This document shows positions 49,613-58,112 of a stretch of 64,000 nucleotides of DNA, piece after piece (the stretch's first letter is position 1; every line of letters begins with the position of its first letter). The notes under the pieces were generated by a model, which was given only the letters and a program-made list of their open reading frames with translations, was not told the origin of the DNA and made no database searches. Source of the stretch: Ignavibacteriota bacterium (GTDB lineage Bacteria; Bacteroidota; Ignavibacteria; UBA10030; CAVZMI01); assembly GCA_963776275.1 (NCBI GenBank), contig CAVZMI010000015.1:110984-174983 (forward strand), given 5' to 3'. The position numbers and the translations under genes were made by a program.

Positions 49613-49870
49613 GATTATTGGTTGCTGATTTCGTACAATTCCCTTGTACCTTCAGGAACATCCGACGACCAGCGTTGTATTGAGTTATGGATAGAGATTT
49701 AACTTCTTCAATTCAGATATTCTGACGGTATATTAATCAAAATGATCAGTGCGGCAGTTTGGTTCGGGTCCATTAGGTTGTGCCATAGGAAAATATTATA
49801 TGTGGAATGATTTTGATAATGGATTTGATGATATTATTATAATAGATAATTTAAATTGGTAGTAAAAATT

Positions 49871-51175
49871 ATGTATAAATATTGGATAATATTTTTTTTA
49901 ATATCTCCACATTTTATTTTTGCCCAGGACGTCGTGATTAACGAAATCATGGCTTCAAATCAGACAACAATTTATGATGAAGATGGGGATACCCCTGATT
50001 GGATTGAGTTATATAACAAAGGCATAGAACAAATCAGTCTGTCCGGATTCAGTCTCAGTGACGACACACTGAATATTCAAAAATGGGAATTTGACAGCAC
50101 AACCATAGATCCCGGGGAACACCTGATTGTATGTGCTTCCGGTAAAAACAGAAGAACAACCTCCTTGCACACAAACTTTAAAATTAGCGCATCGGGTGAG
50201 AGAATACTATTGAGCGATGCAAGTGGCACTATTATCGATCATGTTGTTGTACCTGCATCAACGACGGATATTTCTTATGGCAGGATAAGTGACGGCTCTC
50301 TGCCGTGGATATTCCAATATGCTTCGCCGGGTTCGGGTAATACAGGTAATGAGTTTGTAGGTTATGCAGACCCAGTATCCGTTTCTTTGCCTGGTGGATT
50401 TTATTCATCGGCAATTTCCGTCGAACTTTCCGCGGGCGACAGCAGGATTTTCTATACTCTGGATGCCAGAGATCCGGATACTACCTCAATGGAATATTCA
50501 ACGCCAATAAACATTCAAAATACGACCGTCCTTAAAGCGTTTAGTATAAAAGCAGGCCATTTGCCGGCACCGACTATTTATCATACATATTTTATAAATG
50601 AAGAGACAGATCTTCCCGTCGTTTCTTTAACATCAGATCCATATAACCTTTTTGATTACAATTACGGCATTTATGCGGATGGTCCTGGATGGACACCGGG
50701 TGAACCAAATCATGGCGCTAACTTTTGGATGGATTGGGAACGTCCGGCTCATATTGAGTTCTTTGAAGATGATAAGAGTCCGGGTTTTTCAGAAAACTGC
50801 GGTATCTCTATCTATGGTGCCTACACAAGATGTTACGCTCAGAAAGCTTTTGCGGTAAAATTTAAAGAAATGTATGGTATCTCCAAGATCGAATACCCGC
50901 TATTTCCGGATTTTAGAGTAACAACGTTTAAATCATTTCTTTTAAGAAACTCAGGTAATGACTTTAAATACACGCATATTCGTGATGCGATGATGCAAAC
51001 TCTTATAAAAGATCTGGATATCGATTATCTAGAATATCGCCCGGCTACTACTTTTATTAACGGCCAGTACTGGGGGATCTACAATATCCGTGAAAAAATT
51101 AGTGAAGATTATATTGCGTATCGGCATGGTGTGCACCGAACAACATCGATATGCTGGAAGGTAACATGGATGTGA
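49871..51175 (+). CDS. CotH kinase family protein with lamin-tail domain, N-terminal part
   Basis: VVINEIMASN, DWIELYN, WERPAHIEFF, LRNSGND, NGQYWGIYNIREK. Confidence 0.88.
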   Translation: MYKYWIIFFLISPHFIFAQDVVINEIMASNQTTIYDEDGDTPDWIELYNKGIEQISLSGFSLSDDTLNIQKWEFDSTTIDPGEHLIVCASGKNRRTTSLHTNFKISASGERILLSDASGTIIDHVVVPASTTDISYGRISDGSLPWIFQYASPGSGNTGNEFVGYADPVSVSLPGGFYSSAISVELSAGDSRIFYTLDARDPDTTSMEYSTPINIQNTTVLKAFSIKAGHLPAPTIYHTYFINEETDLPVVSLTSDPYNLFDYNYGIYADGPGWTPGEPNHGANFWMDWERPAHIEFFEDDKSPGFSENCGISIYGAYTRCYAQKAFAVKFKEMYGISKIEYPLFPDFRVTTFKSFLLRNSGNDFKYTHIRDAMMQTLIKDLDIDYLEYRPATTFINGQYWGIYNIREKISEDYIAYRHGVHRTTSICWKVTWM

Positions 51176-52824
51176 TTCATGGGGATTCCCTGCACTACCA
51201 ACAATTAATAGATTATATCAGCACACAAAATATGGCCACGGATGAGGCATACAACTTTATTAACAGTATGATCGATTTGGATGAATGCCTTTTATATTTT
51301 GCGGCTGAAGTATATTATAATAGTCAGGATTGGCCCGCCAATAATATTAAATACTGGCGGGAGCGAAGTGAAAAGGGAAAATGGCGCTGGATTCTGTTTG
51401 ATGTAGATTTTGGTTTTAATCTTTATGAATCCAATGGTCAGGCTGAGAACCACCTTGTGTATCTTTTATCGGGTGAGGAAACGCGACCCGGTTCAAATCC
51501 GCCCTGGTCAACATTGCTGCCACGTAAATTAGTGGAAAATCCCACCATAAAAAATCAGTTTATAAACCTAATTGCAGATTTACTCAATACAAAATTTAAG
51601 AGCACCCGGATTGTCAGCATTATCAATGAAATGGCCGGTCATATTGCCGGCGAAATTGGCCGGCACCGGCAACGCTGGCAAATAGACACGGCATTTGCAA
51701 ATTATCATTTGAATACACGAATGATGTCATTTGCTCAGGAGCGTCCGGGGTACTTGCGCAGTTTTGTTCGTGATTACTTTAAGTGCGGTAATGATGGTAG
51801 TATTACGATCAATTCCACAGGTGGGGGCAAGGTCAAACTAAATTCTCTCTATTTTGAACCAACCGATTTGCCGTGGTCGGGAATCTATTTCCGAAACAAT
51901 GCAATTCATCTTAAAGCTATTCCTAAGCCCGGGTACAAATTTGATGGTTGGAGCGGAACTATAACATCTAAAGATGTATCTTTGACCCTGTCTGTAACCA
52001 GTACAACAAATTTATATGCTTCTTTTTCAATTGATAGTTCTGTTGCAAAAGAGATAGTGATAAATGAAATTAATTATAACTCATCTGATTCGTTTGCAAC
52101 AGGTGATTGGATTGAATTGTATAACAGAAGTAATCATACCATTGACATCAGTGATTGGGTTTTTACAGACAGTAAAGCGGGCCATAAATTTACTTTTCCT
52201 GCGGGAACAGTTTTAGAACCGGATCATTATCTAGTTTTGGTAGAAGATGACAGCGCTTTTACATCCCTTTTCCCTACTGTCTTAAATTATATTGGTGAAA
52301 TGGGTTTTGCATTGGATGGTGCAGGGGAATTTGTAAAATTAGTAGATAAAGAGGATCAATTAATTGATTCACTAACTTATGATGATCAGGTACCCTGGCC
52401 TATAGAAGCTGATGGTTTGGGAGCAACTTTAGAATTAGTAGATCCTGCAAGTGATAATGCTAAAGCCGGGAGTTGGCAGGCTTCAACAGGGCATGGATCG
52501 CCAGGAAAGTTAAATACTGTTCTAACATCTATAGAAAAAATTAAAAATGAAAAAATCCCTGAAAAGTTCTTATTATTTCAGAATTATCCGAATCCATTTA
52601 ATCCAACAACAATAATAGAATACTCGATTCCTCATGAAGAACTAGTCGATTTGTGTCTATATGACTGTCTCGGCAGAAGAATTCGAGTTCTGGAAAGAGG
52701 AGTTCAGCAAGCTGGTCACCATTCAGTGGTCTTACAAGCAGATGGTTTGTCTGCCGGTATATACTTTTACCGTTTTAATGCTGGGACCTACTCATCGACC
52801 AAGAAACTGATTTTGATGAAATGA
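51151..52824 (+). CDS. CotH kinase family protein, C-terminal part with lamin-tail domain and T9SS C-terminal domain (frameshift fragment)
   Basis: DWPANNIKYWR, WRWILFDVDFGF, VINEINYN, QNYPNPFNP. Confidence 0.88.
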   Translation: MLEGNMDVIHGDSLHYQQLIDYISTQNMATDEAYNFINSMIDLDECLLYFAAEVYYNSQDWPANNIKYWRERSEKGKWRWILFDVDFGFNLYESNGQAENHLVYLLSGEETRPGSNPPWSTLLPRKLVENPTIKNQFINLIADLLNTKFKSTRIVSIINEMAGHIAGEIGRHRQRWQIDTAFANYHLNTRMMSFAQERPGYLRSFVRDYFKCGNDGSITINSTGGGKVKLNSLYFEPTDLPWSGIYFRNNAIHLKAIPKPGYKFDGWSGTITSKDVSLTLSVTSTTNLYASFSIDSSVAKEIVINEINYNSSDSFATGDWIELYNRSNHTIDISDWVFTDSKAGHKFTFPAGTVLEPDHYLVLVEDDSAFTSLFPTVLNYIGEMGFALDGAGEFVKLVDKEDQLIDSLTYDDQVPWPIEADGLGATLELVDPASDNAKAGSWQASTGHGSPGKLNTVLTSIEKIKNEKIPEKFLLFQNYPNPFNPTTIIEYSIPHEELVDLCLYDCLGRRIRVLERGVQQAGHHSVVLQADGLSAGIYFYRFNAGTYSSTKKLILMK

Positions 52825-53094
52825 CAGTAGCAGTTTGCCTGACCCGCGGTTCAAGCCCCAATTAATCCCACTGGACCCCACATAAAACATGGGACGTGAA
52901 GAGCACGGTACGTGGGACCGTAAATCTCACTGTAGAACGTGAGACGGGAAAAAACGGAACATGGAATCATCCCGATTGTCATCGGGACAAGCATCGGGGC
53001 AGGCAAGCTGACGGAATTAGCTGAGATATTTTTTACGTGGCATGAATAGGTGTTATCGTAATTTGAGGTTGATTCAGTAGGCTTTTTTCCATCA

Positions 53095-53171
53095 CTTTCT
53101 ACGAAAGGAATAAACCAAATACAATCTATCTCTTATTTTCAATCCTGTTTTGGGATGCTAGGCTCTGAAAC
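53095..53171 (+). repeat. conserved leader-like repeat, copy 2 (5' region of the RRM gene)
   Basis: Near-identical to 44894-44966. Confidence 0.7.
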
Positions 53172-53340
53172 GATACAGTCTTCTGTAGGAAGTGATTAAA
53201 ATATTTAGTATCCTGTGTATAGAGCGATACTCCACAGGATTCGTAAAACATTTAAAATAACACCTCTAGAGAAAATCACTTGTATCGGTCACGCATCAAA
53301 CAACAGTACACAATAACAAAGTACTCAAAGGAGAAACACC

Positions 53341-53649
53341 ATGAAAATGTATGTCGGTAATCTGTCACACGATATTTCGGAAGATGAATTGCGAAAGGAA
53401 TTTGCAGCGTTCGGGGCAGTTGATTCCGTTACCCTCATAAAAGACAAATTTTCCGGAACGGCGAAGGGGTTCGGATTTGTAGAGATGCCGGTACGCTCGG
53501 AAGCAGAAGCAGCTGTTGCCGGATTGAATGATAAAGAAGTAAATGGGCGAAAAATGGTGGTGAACGAAGCCCGCCCGACGGCCGACCGAAAGTCGAACGA
53601 CCGTAGACGCGGCGGCTATGGCGGCGGTGGAAACCGTTCTCGGTATTAA
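53341..53649 (+). CDS. RNA-binding protein (RRM) with Gly-rich tail
   Basis: RNP2 MYVGNL, RNP1 KGFGFVEM, VNEARP. Confidence 0.95.
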   Translation: MKMYVGNLSHDISEDELRKEFAAFGAVDSVTLIKDKFSGTAKGFGFVEMPVRSEAEAAVAGLNDKEVNGRKMVVNEARPTADRKSNDRRRGGYGGGGNRSRY

Positions 53650-54007
53650 GCACTCTGTATTTTTAAGGAGGGATTCTCCGCCGGAGATAATGTCAAATGG
53701 CAGTGCTATAAATTGGTTACCCCTACGGGGTGTCCTAAAATGGCAATTTGTTTTTTGGGATTGTTTTTGTATTTAGATCTCCGGCTATATATCTCCATTG
53801 CCATTTGGTACAAACAGAGGTGGATGCCTGGAAAATAAAAAATTGGCATAAGAAATTTAGGGAAGAAATTCAACGGTAAATCACCGCCGCTCTTTCATTC
53901 ACCACTCCCTACGGGCCGTAGGCACAATTCATAAACAGTGAACGGTTTTCCTTTAACCAGACACCGAAACACTCACAATTCACTACTCGCAATTCACTAT
54001 TTACATG

Positions 54008-54091
54008 TGCCGCGGGAGAGACTCGAACTCTCATGCCCTTTCGAGCACTGGATCCTAAGTCCAGCCTGTATACCAATTTCAGCACCGCGGC
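54008..54091 (-). tRNA. tRNA-Leu (TAG); CCA not encoded
   Basis: GCCGCGGTGCTGAAATTGGTATACAGGCTGGACTTAGGATCCAGTGCTCGAAAGGGCATGAGAGTTCGAGTCTCTCCCGCGGCA, long variable arm. Confidence 0.93.
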
Positions 54092-54108
54092 GTTCAGCGC
54101 GGTTGATG

Positions 54109-54138
54109 GGTTGGGACGTTGCATGCAACGTCCCAACC
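54109..54138. repeat. perfect 30-bp palindrome, REP-like
   Basis: ggttgggacgttgca|tgcaacgtcccaacc. Confidence 0.8.
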
Positions 54139-54293
54139 GAATTTGATGTCGGCGAAAAAGATACCAAATTTCACAACGAAATACAAATCCCGCCTATTGT
54201 ACCGCTTACGCCTGTCACGTATGTCATCGACGAAGAGAAAAATTTTCAGATGGATTATGGAAGAATAGTCACCGGACGGATCCAATCGTAGGC

Positions 54294-54322
54294 TTGCAAT
54301 TCGTGCGGCTGTTTGGTACATT
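54294..54322 (+). promoter_or_regulatory. putative sigma70 promoter for the GT9-waaA-larC operon
   Basis: TTGCAA-N17-TACATT ending 9 nt before the ATG (would give a nearly leaderless mRNA). Confidence 0.4.
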
Positions 54323-54331
54323 AGAGCCGCA

Positions 54332-55333
54332 ATGCACAGCCTACTCAATAAAACACTAATACTTCGATTAAGTTCCATAGGTGATATTGTCCTTGCATCG
54401 CCTCTCATACGAGTGTTGAGAAAGCGGTTTCCGGAAGCACGTATCGATTTTGTCGTCAAATCGGAGTTTGCAGAGCTCGTGCGTTACAATCCGTACATCA
54501 CGTCGGTAATTGAGTTTTCAAACTCGGCAGGATTTGCTGGTCTTGTTTCTCTCAAACGGAAATTGCGAAGTGTCGGGTATGATTCGGTGATCGATATTCA
54601 TAACAATTTTCGGAGCATGTATCTCCGCTCTTTTATTGGTGCCGATATATGTGCCGTTGTTGATAAACGTTTGTGGCAACGATTTATTCTCGTTCGCTTT
54701 AAATTGAACAGGTATAACGGATTTGTGTCGGTCGCAGATCGGTATATCGAACCGTTAAAATCATTCGGCGTTGAAAATGATGGAGAAGGACTTGAGATTT
54801 TCATTCCTCCATCAGTATTAACCCGAGTCGGAGAATTATGGAAAACATATCGTGTGGCACCAAATTCCCGGGTTATTGCGATAGCGCATTCGGCAAAACA
54901 TTTAACAAAAATGTGGCCCGCTGAGCAATATGCAAAGCTCGGGATTAAGGTATGCCGCAATGGAGGTGTTGTCGTTCTGTTCGGAAGTCAGACCGATGCC
55001 GCGCGAAGCAGATTTATTATAGAACAAATGTATGCTCAGGGCGTTCCGTCATCGCATGTTGTAAATTGTACGGGTCAGCTCGGTCTTCTTGAAACTGCAG
55101 CATTCATGGACTATTGCTCGGTGGTTGTTGCAAACGATTCCGGACTTATGCATCTTGCAAGTGCCCGGAATCGTCCGGTGGTCGGGATCTTTGGTCCGAC
55201 CGTAAAGGAATTCGGTTTTTTCCCGATAGGTGGCAAAAATCGGGTAATTGAACGGGCCGGACTCGAATGCCGACCCTGCTCACATCTCGGGGGACCACGA
55301 ATGCCCAAAAAGACATTTTCGATGTATGAATGA
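54332..55333 (+). CDS. glycosyltransferase family 9 (LPS heptosyltransferase WaaF-like); C-terminus frameshifted
   Basis: LRLSSIGDIVL, KMWP, NDSGLMHLA, FGPT, CRPC. Confidence 0.92.
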   Translation: MHSLLNKTLILRLSSIGDIVLASPLIRVLRKRFPEARIDFVVKSEFAELVRYNPYITSVIEFSNSAGFAGLVSLKRKLRSVGYDSVIDIHNNFRSMYLRSFIGADICAVVDKRLWQRFILVRFKLNRYNGFVSVADRYIEPLKSFGVENDGEGLEIFIPPSVLTRVGELWKTYRVAPNSRVIAIAHSAKHLTKMWPAEQYAKLGIKVCRNGGVVVLFGSQTDAARSRFIIEQMYAQGVPSSHVVNCTGQLGLLETAAFMDYCSVVVANDSGLMHLASARNRPVVGIFGPTVKEFGFFPIGGKNRVIERAGLECRPCSHLGGPRMPKKTFSMYE

Positions 55334-55381
55334 TATTAGCGTCGATCAGGTGTATCAATCGGTTCAAAACTTGCTCTCATC

Positions 55382-56038
55382 ATGACGAAAATCAGTCTCT
55401 ATAGAATTCTTTATAATAGTCTTATAGTTCCGCTGCTGTGGATTCTTCTGTATATTACAGGATTGTTTAATTCAAAAGTCCGTAAAGGAATCTCAGAACG
55501 CCGGAATCTATTTACGAATGTGGAAGAAGCTCTATCAAGACTCCCCGTCGGCCAGCCGCGATTCTGGTTCCATTCCTCATCGCTCGGTGAATTTGAACAG
55601 GCGAAACCAATCATTGCGGAATTAAAACAAATCAATCCCACGGCACAAATTATCGTTACGTTTTTTTCCCCGTCGGGATATGAGCCCTCGAGGAAATACA
55701 AGCTTGCCGATATTATTACCTATATTCCGTTTGACTCTTTATGGAACGCGCGGAGATTTGTCAAGATAGTCCATCCTACAGCTGCAATCATGGTGCGATA
55801 TGATGTATGGCCGAATCATATATGGGAGCTTGCATGTGCGGGCATTCCAATTTTTCTGGCTAATGCGACAATGCGTCCGGCATCTAAACGCTTCCTTCCG
55901 GTAGTGCGGGGTTTTCATACGGTCGATATATGGAATGTTCCAATCAATTCTTACTGTGACGGAAACCGATGCCGAGATGTTCGGTCGGTTTGGTTTGCAC
56001 AATGTAGATGTGCAAGCCATTGGCGATACCCGTTTTGA
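55382..56038 (+). CDS. waaA: Kdo transferase WaaA, N-terminal part
   Basis: WFHSSSLGEFEQ, TFFSPSGYE, YIPFD. Confidence 0.88.
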   Translation: MTKISLYRILYNSLIVPLLWILLYITGLFNSKVRKGISERRNLFTNVEEALSRLPVGQPRFWFHSSSLGEFEQAKPIIAELKQINPTAQIIVTFFSPSGYEPSRKYKLADIITYIPFDSLWNARRFVKIVHPTAAIMVRYDVWPNHIWELACAGIPIFLANATMRPASKRFLPVVRGFHTVDIWNVPINSYCDGNRCRDVRSVWFAQCRCASHWRYPF

Positions 56039-56684
56039 CCAGGTGTTGATCAGACGAAAAGAGGCAGAATCGAAACATCTTATTCCGCCCTCGATAATTA
56101 TGAGAAAAAAGATTTTTATTGTTGGGAGCAGCTGGGAGAGCGACGAAGATATACTTTTACCTGTATTCAACAAACTGCAGCATGAAGAACCGGCGCTCCT
56201 GATGATCCTTGTACCGCATGAACCGACAATAGAAAACATCGAGCGAATTGAATCTATGTTAAACGGAAAAACTACTCATATCAGATTTTCCAGCTTGATC
56301 GATTATAACAAACAACGTGTTATTATTGTTGATAGTATTGGGGTTCTGGTTGCACTGTACAAATACGCCCACTTTGCATATGTCGGCGGCGGGTTCAAAT
56401 CGGGAGTCCATAATGTTCTTGAACCTGCGGTCTATGGAATCCCGGTAATTTATGGGCCACGTCATCAAAATTCTCAGGAAGCGGTGACGTTGTTGAAAGA
56501 AAAAGCAGGTTTTGTGGCCGAGGATGAAAAAAAGATGTACCGAACGCTCAGAAGATTTCTTGATGATGAAAAAATACGGGTCGCAGCCGGTAAACATGCC
56601 GCAACATTTGTAAATCGCAACGCCGGAGCGACGCAACGGTTCCTTGCCTCTTTGAATGAATATTTACAAGGGAGTTCACGGTGA
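55935..56684 (+). CDS. waaA: Kdo transferase WaaA, C-terminal part (frameshift fragment)
   Basis: GDTRFD, VPHEP, AYVGGGF, HNVLEPA, NAGAT. Confidence 0.88.
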   Translation: MFQSILTVTETDAEMFGRFGLHNVDVQAIGDTRFDQVLIRRKEAESKHLIPPSIIMRKKIFIVGSSWESDEDILLPVFNKLQHEEPALLMILVPHEPTIENIERIESMLNGKTTHIRFSSLIDYNKQRVIIVDSIGVLVALYKYAHFAYVGGGFKSGVHNVLEPAVYGIPVIYGPRHQNSQEAVTLLKEKAGFVAEDEKKMYRTLRRFLDDEKIRVAAGKHAATFVNRNAGATQRFLASLNEYLQGSSR

Positions 56685-57880
56685 AAATAGCATATTTCGA
56701 TACGATTGCAGGAATCAGCGGCGACATGGTGCTGGGCGCATTCCTGAATGCAGGACTCCCGATTGAAGTGTTGAATTCAGAGATAGCTAAACTTGGCATT
56801 CCAGGTATCTGGATTGAAAAACAAATGCTTCAACGAAGCATGATCACAGCCATAAAAGTCAATATTGTCGAACCACCTCAACATCATGATGAACAAAAAC
56901 GTCACTCCCGTCATGAAAGAAGCTTCGAAGAAATTCGCCGCTTGATTGAATCAAGCGGGTTGAATGACCGGGTAAAAGGAAAAGCGATGGAGATTTTCCA
57001 TACACTTGCCGCGGCAGAAGCGCATATTCACGATACATCAGTCGAGAAAATTCATTTTCATGAAGTGGGTGCGATTGATTCTATTGTAGATATCATCGGA
57101 GCAGCGGTATGTATGGAGTATTTCGGCATCGAAGCAGTATACTCATCACCCGTCCGGCTTGGAAGTGGCGGGACTGTCTCAACACGACATGGTGAAATGC
57201 CTGTTCCGGTTCCTGCAGCAGTGGAGATTCTCAAGGGATATCCCACCATCCTGACCGATATACCTTATGAGCTGACAACTCCGACAGGTGCGGCTATCAT
57301 CAAAACGCTTTCCCGAGGAGTGCTTAACAATGAAACCTTTATTTCACTGGCGGTCGGGTACGGTGCGGGATCGAGGGAGATTCCTCAGGTACCCAATCTC
57401 CTGCGGGTTGTCATCGGCGAGATGAAATCATCATACGATGAAGATGAAATTGCAATTGTTGAGACGAATATCGACGACATGAATCCGGAAATCTATCCCT
57501 ATCTGATCGAACAACTGCTCTCATGCGGTGCGCACGATGCATATCTTGTACCCATCATTATGAAGAAAGGGCGGCCCGGAATATTGCTATCGGTGATGGT
57601 GCATACTGCAAAGCTCGATGAAATTATTCGTGTCATCTATAATGAGACAAGTACGATCGGATTGCGGATTCAACGAATCAAACGGATCAAGCTGCAACGG
57701 CAGCAGAAAGAAATGAACACTTCATTGGGAAAAGTCATAGTTAAAGTAATCACTCACGATGCAAAAGAACAATTGATCCCGGAATTCGAAGAATGTAAAC
57801 GACTTGCAATTGAACATAAAATACCGTTGATCGAAGTATATAAAATAATCGAACGGGAAATATCGCCGCCAGAAGTGTGA
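56681..57880 (+). CDS. larC: nickel pincer cofactor biosynthesis protein LarC
   Basis: GISGDMVLGA, His-rich loop, HFHEVGAIDSIVDI, ELTTPTGAA, ETNIDDM, MKKGRPG, PEFEEC. Confidence 0.93.
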   Translation: MKIAYFDTIAGISGDMVLGAFLNAGLPIEVLNSEIAKLGIPGIWIEKQMLQRSMITAIKVNIVEPPQHHDEQKRHSRHERSFEEIRRLIESSGLNDRVKGKAMEIFHTLAAAEAHIHDTSVEKIHFHEVGAIDSIVDIIGAAVCMEYFGIEAVYSSPVRLGSGGTVSTRHGEMPVPVPAAVEILKGYPTILTDIPYELTTPTGAAIIKTLSRGVLNNETFISLAVGYGAGSREIPQVPNLLRVVIGEMKSSYDEDEIAIVETNIDDMNPEIYPYLIEQLLSCGAHDAYLVPIIMKKGRPGILLSVMVHTAKLDEIIRVIYNETSTIGLRIQRIKRIKLQRQQKEMNTSLGKVIVKVITHDAKEQLIPEFEECKRLAIEHKIPLIEVYKIIEREISPPEV

Positions 57881-57914
57881 TTGTTAAGTATTGAAAATGT
57901 AATAATGATCGGGA

Positions 57915-58100
57915 AAATACGGCGGAGAATCTCCGCTGTTTGTTTTCTGAACCGATCTCCTTTATTAGCTTCGGGAATCGCAAATCCGCCTTTGTCCCGA
58001 TTACTTGCCCTGAGCTTGTCGAAGGGAATCGGGACTTCCGCCTAAGCTCCACTTCGGCGGATGAATCGGCGGCCTACGGCCCGATAGGGACAGGTCAGAA
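57915..58100. repeat. cluster of nested REP-like palindromes between larC and priA
   Basis: gcggagaatctccgc; gtcccgatt[...ccctgagcttgtcgaaggg]aatcgggac; tccgcc...ggcgga. Confidence 0.65.
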
Positions 58101-58112
58101 ATCGGCAAATAC

